Shown in pieces: positions 51,274-62,037 of a DNA stretch of 64,000 nucleotides. Below the pieces are notes generated by a model. That model had not been told where the DNA came from. It saw nothing but the letters and a program-made list of their open reading frames with translations, and made no database searches. The stretch covers positions 233,680,001-233,744,000 of the forward strand of contig NC_058368.1 of the NCBI RefSeq assembly GCF_018350175.1, given 5' to 3'. Both the position numbers and the translations under genes were made by a program. Within the stretch, counting starts at the first letter, position 1. Every line of letters starts with the position of its first letter. This DNA is from Felis catus (lineage: Eukaryota).

Positions 51274-51470
51274 CCCGACAGCGTGGTGTCGGGGGCAACC
51301 CTTGGAAGGCACGCCAGACAGGACACAAGGACACCGAGAATGCTATCGGCACACACAGCAAGGACCAGGTCCAAGGTGTTCAGGTTGAAACGGGCTCCAA
51401 TAATAACGCCTCTTTTAAAATCCTTGCGTTGCTGCGCCCACAAGGAATGTTTCTTCAATGAATCCTCTAT
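51274..51470 (-). pseudogene. Exon remnant (phase 0-2) covering the DxD-type region: IEDSLKKHSLWAQQRKDFKRGVIIGARFNLNTLDLVLAVCADSILGVLVSCLACLPRVAPDTTLS
   Basis: Open frame (ORF 51270..51491). Donor GG|gtgaaa gives phase 2, matching the next exon. Aligns to GREB1 IKELSYHNLELERNRQEELGI..FIVISDDSCVMW. Confidence 0.65.
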
Positions 51471-51659
51471 CTTCCCGTGAAGGAAAATCAAGAACCTCCT
51501 TCACTGAATGACTGTAGTGCCGTCCCTACACGGGGGCTTGTTTTTCAGTAAACAGAAAAGCAACACAGTAGAAACCTCACGTTCACTGGGCAGACAGACA
51601 CTCTGCCCGTTTTGCTTCCAATTTTGCACAGCCTACACTAAGCAGGCTTTCCTCGGCCC

Positions 51660-52000
51660 TTTCTCTCTTAAAAAGAAAGAAAAGAAAAAGAAAATGGATT
51701 CATTTACACCAAAAAAACCGGACATTTTTAACGCATACAATTTGGTGCGTTTGGAGACACGCAGCCACCTGTGAAGGTGTCACCACAACCGAGATCCTGA
51801 ACGTGTTCACCGCCTCTAAGTCTCCTCCCGCACCCCCTTTTCTGTGCAAGGAACACTCAACACATGGTTTCGGAGCGTGCACGCTCAGTAGTGTCACCTG
51901 CAGGCACCACGTCTCCGGAACGGCCTCACCGTGTGCGACCGGGGAATCACCCAAAGGCGCAAAGCTTCGATCCTGACAGTTCCGGACATCTGTGCACCAT
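51660..52000 (-). mobile_element. Old L1 3'-terminal fragment
   Basis: Degenerate antisense L1 terminal motifs. Confidence 0.4.
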
Positions 52001-52449
52001 CTCTGTTCTCCTCTATCCGAGACCCGGAGGTCACCACACTCTGATTCCCCTCGCGTCTCTGGCCCTCGCTGGGAGGGGGTCGCAGTCTGGGCCACTGTTT
52101 CTGGGTCCCCCCCCCATCCTACCCACAGCTCTGCGTTCTGCCACGATGAGGCTCACATCCCTGCCTCGACGCCTGCCTTTCTCTCTGGTTCCAAAGTCTC
52201 GTCTGACTCTCAGGCGTCTCACCTGGACACCTGGACAACACCACACTCCTTCGCGCCCTCCTGAGTTCTTCCTGTTTGTGTCTGCCCCAGTGCAGAACCC
52301 CGCAGCCGGTCTTGGCTTCTCTGCCACCCCCTCCCCGTCCCCAGGACACGAAGCACCACGCACCGCCACCCCCCCCCCTTGCAGCCTCCCTTACAACCAG
52401 ACTGACCTCAGGTGCCTGGTGACACCTGCCCGTTAATAGCAGACATAAC

Positions 52450-52591
52450 TGCTTCATTTAATGTTGTGGGAGTCCAATGAATGATCAGCCTCTTAATCAA
52501 GAATATCTCATATTAATGAGGTTTCAAGATATAGAATATATATGTCGATTCGCGTGTGTATGTGAGCATTTGAAGTCAGTGTCTGCAGTTC
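52450..52591 (-). pseudogene. Exon remnant (phase 0 start, 3' end uncertain): ELQTLTSNAHIHTRIDIYILYLETSLI*DILD*...
   Basis: Strong acceptor ttttttgtttgccttttacaag after a 108-nt intron. Donor not clearly preserved. Confidence 0.5.
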
Positions 52592-52699
52592 CTTGTAAAA
52601 GGCAAACAAAAAAGCATGATATACAAGAAACTCTACCAAAAGGCCACGATCTCTTCACAATTCTGTATGGTCGGACCAACAACAGAGAAATACGCTCAC

Positions 52700-52738
52700 G
52701 GTCTCCGGGCAGTAGTATATTTGGTGACATTGAAGGAG
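52700..52738 (-). pseudogene. Exon remnant (phase 0-0): LLQCHQIYYCPET
   Basis: Strong acceptor cttcattgtctcttttccag, donor ACC|gtgagc. 39 nt. Positionally equivalent to GREB1 SHLHVLVVKEY. Confidence 0.65.
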
Positions 52739-52984
52739 CTGGAAAAGAGACAATGAAGACATGACCCCCCCCCCTTCCACTGCCCCCGGTGGAGCTGCCT
52801 GCAGTCCCCTCTCCCACCCGGGAGCTCCCAGCGGTGCTGAAGAGTGGGGGGGCCAGGCCCCACCCCCAGGGGCAGGAGCTCATACTGCAGACTCCACACT
52901 GCTGCTCCCACTAGAACCTTCGACTGGTTCTCCCTCCGTGACAGCTACCTACAGCACTAGAAGCTTCATCACTCATCAGATCTG

Positions 52985-53100
52985 GAAAGTGACCTGTCAG
53001 GTGTCACTATATACCCATTTGGCACACGAAGAAACTGAGGCTCAAAGAAATTAAGCCATTCACGGCCAGCCAGTGGCAAAGCCAGACTTGGGGTCTGGGT
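52985..53100 (-). mobile_element. MIR core
   Basis: cccatttggcacacgaagaaactgaggctcaaagaaattaag. Confidence 0.55.
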
Positions 53101-54170
53101 GTTGCCGGCCTGCGTGCTCTCCCCAAACCACCAGGCTGACCCCTCAGGCCATGTCCATGGTGGCCGTCCGTGTGGGACGGCCCCTCACCATCCCGCTGAT
53201 CCCTGCAAATCCGCCAGCACGCTCCCTGCCTCCTGTCATTCTCCCTTCCAGGTCGCATTAGCCATGCCTAACAAAGTCTGTAACTTAGGGATGTGTGGCA
53301 TATTGTGCCTACACTTTGCGCCTCTGGACTGTAAGCTCCCTGAGGCAAGGCATGCTGGTCTCTTCTGTACCCTACGCTCGAACTCCGCGGTCCAGAAGCA
53401 GGCACCCGGCACAACAAGCACAAGCTACAACAAACAACTACTTGTTGAACCGAATCGAGGAACAGTAGAAAGCACAGGGATTTCCAGGGGCTTCTAAAAT
53501 TTTAACTGCGGCCTTTATCTACAGAAAGCCACCATTACTAAGCCACTCTATTACTTGTTGGGGGGAAAAAAATACCTTCCAAACTGAGGATACTGTGCAC
53601 ATCTACCAGTTCTAGGTGCCCAAGGTCTCTGTTTAACTGTGCTGGATGTCAGCACCTCAGTGTTACGAGTAAAGCCGGAGCCATGCTTGGCTACGTGTTC
53701 TGGAAGGTACTGTCCCCACCGCTGACCACACAGGCACAATCTCCTGTACTAAAAACGAGAAGGAAACCTTAGCTGTTTCTTTAGCAGGTGCCACACTCTC
53801 CAGCTACTCCTGGGGCTCTTTTTTCTTCCAACTGGAATCAGCTAGAAATCTTTTTGGACTCTTGAGGAAAAGTTATTCTTAATTTTAATTAAGTAACAGC
53901 TTATCTGCAATGGGACCGTTTCCAGTGGTTAGACATGAGCGTCCTTCCAGACTCCGGGTCTTGCTGGAGATTCCAATCGTGTCATGTGACAAAAAGACAG
54001 TTTCCCACACTAGGACATGTGTGAAATAATGAGTGAAGGGGCATCCAGAAAAGACGGCAGCCACAGCAAGCCTGGGTTTTCCTCCAATGGAGGGGAAATG
54101 CTCTTATTGCAAAAACATTCATCCTTTTCACTGGACCACATTTTACGGAGGGGACCTTAAACTGGCTCAC

Positions 54171-54377
54171 TTGAGTATTAGCCAGACGTTGAGACTGATC
54201 CCCTAAGCTCTCCAAGTGGCAGAGCCCAAGACATTTGCCCAGCATAACCTGCCCAAAGCAGTGACCCCATTGTGCAAATACCCAAGGAGAGCCATAACCC
54301 ACCTGGGTGTCTGATCGTCACCACATACACAAGTGACCAGGGTTCCCGGGTAACCTGACACCCTACAAGGTCGTTGC
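54171..54377 (-). pseudogene. Exon remnant (phase 0-0, 69 codons): ATTL*GVRLPGNPGHLCMW*RSDTQVGYGSPWVFAQWGHCFGQVMLGKCLGLCHLESLGDQSQRLANTQ
   Basis: Acceptor tgtctgtctgctag, donor CAA|gtgagc. Matches GREB1 QLESMRLP..YIKSP..G..LFNLYH. Two stops. Partly visible in ORF 53982..54302. Confidence 0.65.
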
Positions 54378-54762
54378 CTAGCAGACAGACACATTCTCTG
54401 AGTAACAACAAGATCATAAACTGGCGTTTTGGGTGAAAGTGAGTTCCCCATAATCAGATCATCCTATAAAGAAACAGAAGAGATTTTGGACAAGGCAGAC
54501 CTCCCACGAGGCAGACACCCAAGAACTCTCGGCTGGAACGATCAGCTCTTTATACAAACACAATATTGATTACACTTTATAGGACCCTATCTCCACCCCA
54601 TGAGGCCCAGGGTCTCTGTGCTCTCCCCTCACTGTGAAGTTCACAAATGATCAGACTGAGGCTTACAGAGGCCACACCAGACGCCAGCAGATAGATGCCC
54701 TCCAAATTATAAAAGCATGTTTCCACTTTTAGTTGATAAGACAGCCCTTAGAGTCCGTGCAC

Positions 54763-54898
54763 ATCCTTAAAGCGTGCAGCTTCCATCTATCCCGCACTTG
54801 GCTTTGGTGACTTCACATTTCCAGCAAGGAGGGAAGTTATCAACTACCCTGTCTAGACTGTGAGTTTCATCTTCCTCAAAGATGTGTGCAGCACGAAG
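54763..54898 (-). pseudogene. Exon remnant (phase 2-0): FVLHTSLRKMKLTV*TG*LITSLLAGNVKSPKPSAG*MEAARFKD
   Basis: Acceptor ctttgtattctgtgtcag, weak donor GAT|gtgcac. Phases match both neighbours. Loose match to GREB1 STLHAF..YSMLGEEI..IPKS. Three TAG stops. Confidence 0.45.
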
Positions 54899-55439
54899 CT
54901 GACACAGAATACAAAGCCGCACATGTTGACCAAGTCCCTGCGAGCTCCACACCGAGTGTGTGTGGTTAAACCATAGCACATACTTTATTATTTTTATTAC
55001 AGAGCACATACTTCAAAAGAAGACACGCAAAAAAGACAACCAAAGGAAAAGAGTGGCAGGATTTTAATCAGTCTACAATTATTTAATTTTTCCATGCTAA
55101 GGATATAATTGTCATCATATGGGTCAGTAGAAAAAAAGTCAAAAAATACAGCATGTCACATCCCGTAGCATGCCTGCGTAAAGTCTCAAGGCCCAGATGC
55201 CGTTATTTTGATCATTCTCATTGTATTGTTTTCAGTAGTTTGGTTTGTTTGGCTTAGGGTTTCGGGTTATTGCTTATTTGTTTTAGAACAGATGGGAGCC
55301 AACAAAAAGAACTGATATTTAATTATAATAACAACTGCTTTATAGGATTTAAGGATTACGGGCATTAATCCCCCCAGTAATTATTCCAAGTAAATTTAAT
55401 GATGTCACCTTTTAGTTATTTACTCTAAGTCATCATAAC

Positions 55440-55556
55440 CTTTGAACATCTGACTGGGAATGCAGATCCCAGGGACCAAATCCCACCATCATTCGGTATC
55501 ACATTCCCTGGCAGTTGTAGAGTGCTATATGTTTAAGTTTCAGTAATAGAACACTT
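55440..55556 (-). pseudogene. Exon remnant (phase 2-2): SVLLLKLKHIALYNCQGM*YRMMVGFGPWDLHSQSDVQ
   Basis: 117 nt, acceptor ttataatcag, donor AAG|gttatg. Matches GREB1 MRLSKYAAYN...YMGFHP. One TGA. Confidence 0.6.
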
Positions 55557-56057
55557 CTGATTATAACGAGTAACAGGAACACAAATTCAGGGAGTGGGGG
55601 GAAGGAGGGCTTATTTTTCAGGATGGTCAACATCACAAGGGAGGCTGTGGGGCGAGGCAACAGTGGGGGGGGCAGCCCTCAGCCTAGAGGCAAGATAAAA
55701 GCTAGCCGGCAAACGCAGGTCAAAGGCAAAGTTATATTCAGTACATCTGACTTCTTTTTACTTTTAAAATTTTACTGTAAAAGGTAAAAAACAAAACAAA
55801 ACACTAAAACCAGCAAAACCAGCAGTTCTAAAAGTACAAGAAATAACAGGACAGCCACCCCATAAAGGCACCTCATGCACCACGCATTGCGCTCAACTGG
55901 CTTTGGATGCTCTACTTTTGCGTGCGTATGTAACAAGCACACGGACACTGAGGGCGTTAGACCTAGAATCTCCCTTTCACATTCTCTTCCTTCTTCCCCA
56001 GAAAATCCCAGGAGGCTAACTAAGATCAGTAGGTTACTCTTTGTCCTCCATGTTTTC

Positions 56058-56281
56058 TCTTTTATTTTTTTTTAACGTTTACTTATTTTTTAGACTGAGA
56101 GAGAGACAGACAGAGCGCAAGCTGGGGAGGGGTAGAGAGAGAGGGAGACCCAGAATCTGAAGCAGGCTCCAGGCTCTGAGCCGTCAACCCAGAGCCCGAC
56201 GCGGGGCTCGAACCCACGAACCGCGAGATCGTGACCTGAGTCGAAGTCTGACGCTCAGCTGACCGAGCCGCCCAGGCACCC
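56058..56281 (-). mobile_element. Can-SINE (feline type)
   Basis: Reverse SINEC. Confidence 0.93.
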
Positions 56282-56289
56282 GTCTCCTC

Positions 56290-57050
56290 TGTGTTTTCAT
56301 CTAAGGGCTGTACTTCTGCATATTCAAAACACAGACACACAGATCAATCAGTGTGATCCCAAAACTTCCTGTTTCATTCGACGACGCCACGCTTTCAAGA
56401 TTTATCGGTGTTGATATACGTAGATCTGTTTTATTCATTTGGTTCTTATCTAACACTTCACTGAAGGACAATCCTGTAATGGATTTATCCAGTTCCCCAC
56501 TGACTTGCCCACACGCCTCCTTGTGCACGCACAGAGGATTCACTGTAGCTCATCCATAGAGAAATAACGGTAACGGGGACGGGTCTTTCCTTCTGTTTCT
56601 CCACCCCTCTCCTTTTGTAACGTGTTCCGCGTTTTTGTCTGTTTGCTTTGTGCTTCTCATGGCTGGTTGCATGGGCCCTCTACGACGACACTACAAAGAC
56701 CTTTCCCTCTACGTGTTTAGGAAAACCTTAAGGATTTGCTTTCCTCACTGAGATTTTAATCCACCTAGAATTCCGATTTTTACATGGAATGCAGTAGGAC
56801 CTGTTGTTTTCCATAAGGTAATTGATTTCTTTCTTTCGTTCATCTGTTTCACACGGGCAGTTTTCCACCTGCCGAACAGTCCACCCTGTCTGACCCTATG
56901 CTAACTCCCCTCTGCCCCACAAGACGGGGTCTTTGTGAGCTCTCCCTCCGTCCCCTTGGTCTGTTTGCCCACACCTGGGCCAATACGACAAAGTTAGATT
57001 TAGTTTGTTTTTTTTTTTTTACTTTATTATAATACACCCCCCCCATTTAC
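56290..57050 (-). mobile_element. Degraded old L1 ORF2/3' fragments
   Basis: Antisense motifs such as tttatccagttcccc and ttttaatccacctagaatt. Confidence 0.45.
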
Positions 57051-57127
57051 TTCCCTTCTACAAGAAAATGAGTTTGTCTACAAAAAGTGGCAATTATTTT
57101 TCATTGTTTCATAATTTTTAGAGTAAC

Positions 57128-57261
57128 GCATCTGTGTTTTTATGCTTCTCAGAACATTCGGTTCTTTGGCTACACCGCCCATCAGGAGGTAAAAAGAGTA
57201 ATAAAAGTGATTTTTGCATATCAAGAGCATTACAGAAAATACAGATTATGATCTAGGCCTT
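57128..57261 (-). pseudogene. Candidate exon remnant (phase 0-2): KA*IIICIFCNALDMQKSLLLLFLPPDGRCSQRTECSEKHKNTD
   Basis: Acceptor cacttgcag, weak donor GC|gttact. Loose match to GREB1 LELFKKLPFDYIIHDPKYEDASLICS. Confidence 0.35.
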
Positions 57262-57411
57262 CTGCAAGTGCGTGAGTGTATCATGTTCAATGAAAAATAC
57301 CCCTTTAAAAAACAGGCTGAACAGAAATTGAATTTCAAATGACTCCGCAAGGGATCTGCCCATCTTTTAAAAAGTTTAAGAGGCAATAAATCTTTGTGCT
57401 CAAGGAATCAC

Positions 57412-57484
57412 CTCCTCCTTAGACTTGATAAAAATGGAAATATTGCCTGCCATTCTCTAAGAAGGCCTCAGTGACTTTCCTCTC
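57412..57484 (-). pseudogene. Candidate exon remnant (phase 2-0): RGKSLRPS*RMAGNISIFIKSKEE
   Basis: Acceptor ccttgcctttataatgtcag, donor GAG|gtgatt. Phase matches the next exon. Only weak resemblance to GREB1 RMLVRLTEVDVYDEEE. Confidence 0.35.
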
Positions 57485-57674
57485 CTGACATTATAAAGGC
57501 AAGGAGGGGACACGGCCAGCACATCAGAACGGAAGGCAGGCCGGAAGGAAGGCGGGAAAAGAGCAGTGGGTTCCATCCCAGACCTGCTACACGTGTTTGG
57601 CGAGTCACAAGATCTCTGTATCAATAAAACAGCTCACACGCCCTTTTCACACCTTTGTTAAGGTAAAATTAGCA

Positions 57675-57773
57675 GGGTGCCTGGCTGGCTCAGTTGGTGG
57701 AACATGTGACTCTGAATCTCGGGTTGTGAGTTCAAGCCCCACATTGGGTGCAGAATTACTTAAAAAAAAAAAA
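57675..57773 (+). mobile_element. Short tRNA-Lys-like Can-SINE
   Basis: gggtgcctggctggctcagttgg..gagttcaagccccacattggg and poly-A. Confidence 0.85.
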
Positions 57774-57809
57774 GAAGTAAAACTGGGTTGTAAGACTCTG
57801 TTATACACC

Positions 57810-60800
57810 CAAAGTACAGGTTCTTTGTCAGGTGTATCTGTGTCTTATAGTTGTTTTTCTGCGGCATGAATTTTCACTTCCTTCGCAGTGCCTTTCAACA
57901 GTAAGAGAGCTTGATTTTGACCAAATCCTACTGATGGGTTTTTCCCTGTAACAGGTCACAATTTTTGGTGCTTTCTACTTAAGAAACAGCTAGTTCTAGC
58001 CCAAGGGTACCAAGATCTTCGGAAGATGGAAATGTTTTATTTCTACCAGAAATAAAAACATGGACATGGAAACATGGAAATGTTTTATTTCTATTAGTGT
58101 CATAGTGTTAGAACTAACTTTTAAGTCCGTGACCTATTTTCAGTTAATTTGGGGAGACTATGTGAGCGAAGGGTGGAAGTTTATTTTTTGCATATGGATA
58201 TCCGGTATTTTCAGCACCTACCGTCAAAAGCTTATACTTCCCCCCAATGAACTGGCCTGGAACACAGTGAAAAAGAAACAGACCATATAAGTGTGGGGCT
58301 ATTTCTGGACAGTCTGTTGAATCCCACTGGCCTAGGTGTCTATTTTTATACGAACATCACACCATGCTGATCACTGTCATTTTATTTTATGAGAAATCCT
58401 GAATCCGGTGGGATAGCATTGCCACGTTCGGCTTTCTCAAATTTGTTTTGGCGTCCCTGGGTGTTTTGCACGTCCATACACATTTTAGAATCTATTTCTT
58501 ACTCCCTACAAAAAAGCTTGCCGGGATTTTCGTCGAAACGGCACTGAATCCACAGAGGATAAATCTGGGCAGAACTGTCAACCGAACATAGAGCGTTTGG
58601 ATTCACGAACAGAATCTGTCTCTCCCCCAGTATTCGTTTTGTTAACTTCTGACGACGACATCTTACAGTTTTCCGTGTGAAAGTTACACACATTTATTCA
58701 GGTTTATTCCTAAGCATTTTGTATCTCTGATGCTATATTAAATGGTATTTTTTTTTCAGTTGCTGATTGGAAGGTTCTAATATACAGGAATAGAACGTAT
58801 TTCTTGTAAGCTGTAACCTCACTAAAGCCACGTCCTAGTGCTAGCGGTGTTTTTAGGTTCCGTAGGATTTTCGATACAGACCAGTATTATTCCATGCAAA
58901 TACAACACAGGTCACATGGAGAGTATTAAATTTTTTAGCAGTCACATTCCAAGTAGGTAAATTTCATTATAACGTACCTAGGCTGTATTATTTTATCATG
59001 TAGTGATTTTGTTTTTAATTACGAATGAAATCGTTTACATTCTCTTTCTCATACCTCGTCTTCAAAAGTGTGTACAGGTGCACCTGGGCGCCTCAGTAGG
59101 TTAAGTGTCTGACTCTGTGTTTGGCTCAGGTCTTGATTTGTGGGATCGAGCCCCACATGGGGCTCTGTGCTGACATCGTGGAGCCTGCTTGGGATTCTCT
59201 CTCTTCCTCTCTGTGCCTCTCCCCTGCTCGCACTCTCTTTCTCTCAAAATAAATATATAAACATTAAAAAAAATTAAGTGCTTCCATTTGGAGTACCTCT
59301 TGATTCAAAATACTGACGTAGCAACTTGTGCTCGTGGTTACCATAGTAGGCAGTGCACAGACAGACAAAGCCATTCCACTCTCATTTCTTAGTCTGCATG
59401 TCTTTTGTTTCTTATCTTGCTATTTTCACTAGCGAGGGTGTCCGCACAGCATGGAAGAGACATGGTGGTTGTGATCAAACCGACCTCACTCTGGATCGTG
59501 GGGACAGCATTCAGTCTTTCACTATCAGGAACGATGGTACACTTTTTCACAATTGCCTTTAATCAGTTTGAAGTGGTTCCTCCCCATTCCACGTGAAGGG
59601 GTGTCGAGTCGTGTCAAATGCCTCCTCCGCGTCTCCCAAATGATGACATATAGCGCGTTTACTGAAACGATCCGTTAATGCAATGAATCACATCAACTGA
59701 TTTTTTTAACGTCAAATGAACTTTGAATTCTTGAGATAAGCTCCATTTGGTCATGTTATATTTTATACAGAAAATACATGAACACATGTTATGTTTTTTT
59801 ATTCTTATTTTTCATTGACAATTTTGGTCCGTGTTTTTCTCTCCTTGTAATGCCTTTGGTTTAGGGATCAGAATAATGGTGGCCTCATGACATGAGCTGG
59901 GAAATGTTCCCTCTCCCATTTGGTGGAACAATTTGTGTTGTACTGGGATTACTTTGTCCTAAAATTTTGGTAAGAACTCACCACGAAGGACATTTCAACC
60001 TGAGTTTTCTTTGTGGGAAGATACTTAATTACATATTCAAATTATTTTATACATATAGGACTATTCAGGCTACCTATTCCTTTTTAAATGAACTCTGTTA
60101 GTTTGTTTTCCAAGGAATTTTTCCATTTCATCTAGATTGTGGGATTTGTCGGCATAAAGCTATTCATATTTCTTTACCTGTTAAAGACTGTAGAACCTAT
60201 AGTAACTATCCCTCTTGCAATTCTAATATTGGAAATTTCATCTTATTTCATTATTTCTGATTGCCTACTGAGTTTCAACAATATTATTGACCATCTCAAA
60301 GAACCGCTTTTAGTCTCATTGATGTCCTCTAGTTAGTTTTTCTGTTTACAATGTCAATGTTTTCTGCTCCTTTGTTTAATTTCCTTTCTTCTAATCTGTA
60401 CTACCTTTTCTAGTGTCTGAAGGTGGAAGCCTAAGTTACTGGTTTGAGCCCTTCATCTTTCTAATAGAAACTATTCAATGCTATAAATTCTCTCTAAGCC
60501 CCATTCAGGATGCACCCCCCCCCCCCAGGAGGTAGGCACCAACTCCTCATTCATCCAGTTCAGCGTACTGTCTGATCCCCTTTCTGGGACTTCCTGGCTA
60601 TTTGGAAATGTGTCGTTTAATTTCCAATTACTGACTGGTTTTCCAAATTTCTTTGTGTTACTGATTCCTAATTAAAGTCCGTGAGGGTCAAAGGACATAT
60701 TTTCTATGAGGGTAATCCTTTCATGTTCAAGGGGATGTTTACAGTCAAGAATATGGTCTACCTTGAGACATGTTCCACATGCATTTGAAAGAACACATGC

Positions 60801-61020
60801 TCTGCGTTGCTGGGTGGGGTAGTCCATAAACACCCATCAAAGCGAACGGTTTGGCAGCACTTTTAAAATCTCCTATATCTTTGTTGACTTTCTTCTGTCC
60901 CATCAGTTTTGAAGAGAGTTGTAATCTTTGAGTGAGACTGTGGATTTTCACCTCATGTATTTTCAATCTCTTATCAGGTACACAGGCATTTGAAGCTACC
61001 AGGTCTTGACGAAGTGACTC
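57810..61020 (-). mobile_element. Old L1 ORF2 remnant interrupted by a MER3/MER33-like MITE (about 58900-59350) and a SINE
   Basis: Antisense ORF2 similarity (ORF 60745..61074 KVNKDIGDFK..LMGVYGLPHPATQSMCSF). Confidence 0.65.
59077..59273 (+). mobile_element. Can-SINE
   Basis: Head, CT tract, poly-A. Confidence 0.88.
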
Positions 61021-62037
61021 CCTTTCCGTTAGGAATGTTCCTCTGTCACTGCCACCTGCTCTTCTGGGTCCCATTCCAGGAATTAGTCCAACTGCTCTTT
61101 CCTGAAGGTTCTTTCTTGAACGTTGTGGGTTCCTCCCATGGAATGGGCTAATTGGTGCTCAGGTGGAGACTTCACAGGACCAGCTACAAATCTCTGGAGT
61201 CTCTCTCGAGGCAGGAAGCTGGAGAAATCATGGGAAACTACCCCCCCTCCACCCCACCATTGTTTCCCTTCCCATAAAGTTCACGTCCCTGTAGCATCCC
61301 TTTGCCGATGTCTCAAAACCATCATTCCGTGTTACTTTGTCCCAATTGTGCAGTTTTTTAAGGTGGGAGGGTAAACCAAGTCTCTCTTACTTCACCGTGT
61401 TTGGAAGCGGACATCCGAAATGCCTTCCTCTTTGGAGTAGAATTATCACACGGAGGATGTTTAAAGTACGCTCGTTAATCTCAGCTTTGAATTTATCAGA
61501 CGGCGAAATGGCTAAAACCAGCTTATTACGAAATCAACGTAACACGACTTGTACTCTGAGAGAGTGGTATATGTTAACAGAAGCCCAGGAACTAAAGCTG
61601 CTCATTAAACTAAAAGCTGAATTTAAACAAGCAGACGCGAGCAGTCATAAATCACGTGTGGCAGAGCTGGAACGTTTATTTGGCAAAAAGACTCCACCCT
61701 CAGCTTAGGACAGTTTTCTGTTTGGGGCGATTTTCTCCCCAGCAGAGACAAGCAACCCTTCCAACATCTTTCCTAATTTCTCCCACCTTCTTTCTTCACT
61801 GACTGTGTGGACCACTCCCCACACTTCGGTGGATGCTCCTGTCCCCCAGGCATTCACCCCCCGCCCCTGAAGCAAAGCCTTGGTGCGGAAAGAACAAAGG
61901 GCCTTACCCCTCCCTCCGCCTCCCAGCTCCCTGGCCTGGGGGTTGAGGGCACACGTGTGCTGCTGCCTGGGGCCACCCGTGCGGCCACACAGGACCCACA
62001 CTGGATTTGATGCTCTGGTGACACTGTTTTGAAATTC

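Larger units (their letters stand above)
31340..57484 (-). pseudogene. Decayed multi-exon GREB1/GREB1L-like gene (C-terminal TAGT glycosyltransferase region), about 16 exon remnants
   Basis: Exon remnants mostly have AG/GT ends and matching phases. Motifs are colinear with GREB1 as recalled (GREB1 in brackets): KLKHIALYN..MVGFGP [RLSKYAAYN..YMGFHP]; L*GVRLP [LESMRLP]; IEDSLKKHSL..VCADS [IKELSYHNL..ISDDS]; VWKW..P..NANIFN [LRKW..P..NFIILN]; LLHRSNYYSV [LLCRFNRFSV]; ILRYLEHH [LEKFLQHH]; GLNLY [GLLLY]; VWTF [EWQF]; QRVVIFMT [DRPLFFLT]. More than 15 in-frame stops plus frameshifts. Confidence 0.72.

Noticed and set aside
54848..54898. Alternative reading LRAAHIFEEDETHSLDR resembling GREB1 LTEVDVYDEEEININLR
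   Set aside because: It is out of order relative to the 55440-55556 exon and incompatible with that exon's phase; the phase-2 reading fits better.
8832..56340. Recurrent short ORFs containing SSSPASGSVLTAQSLEPASDSVSPSLS
   Set aside because: They are translations of feline SINE copies, not a protein family.
57153..57188. Plus-strand exon-like segment (ctcag|NIRFFGYTAHQE|gtaaaa)
   Set aside because: It is isolated with no plus-strand partner exons and overlaps a minus-strand candidate that fits the chain.
31340..57484. Calling the locus GREB1 or GREB1L itself
   Set aside because: Those proteins are highly conserved among mammals, while this sequence shares only scattered motifs and is full of stops.
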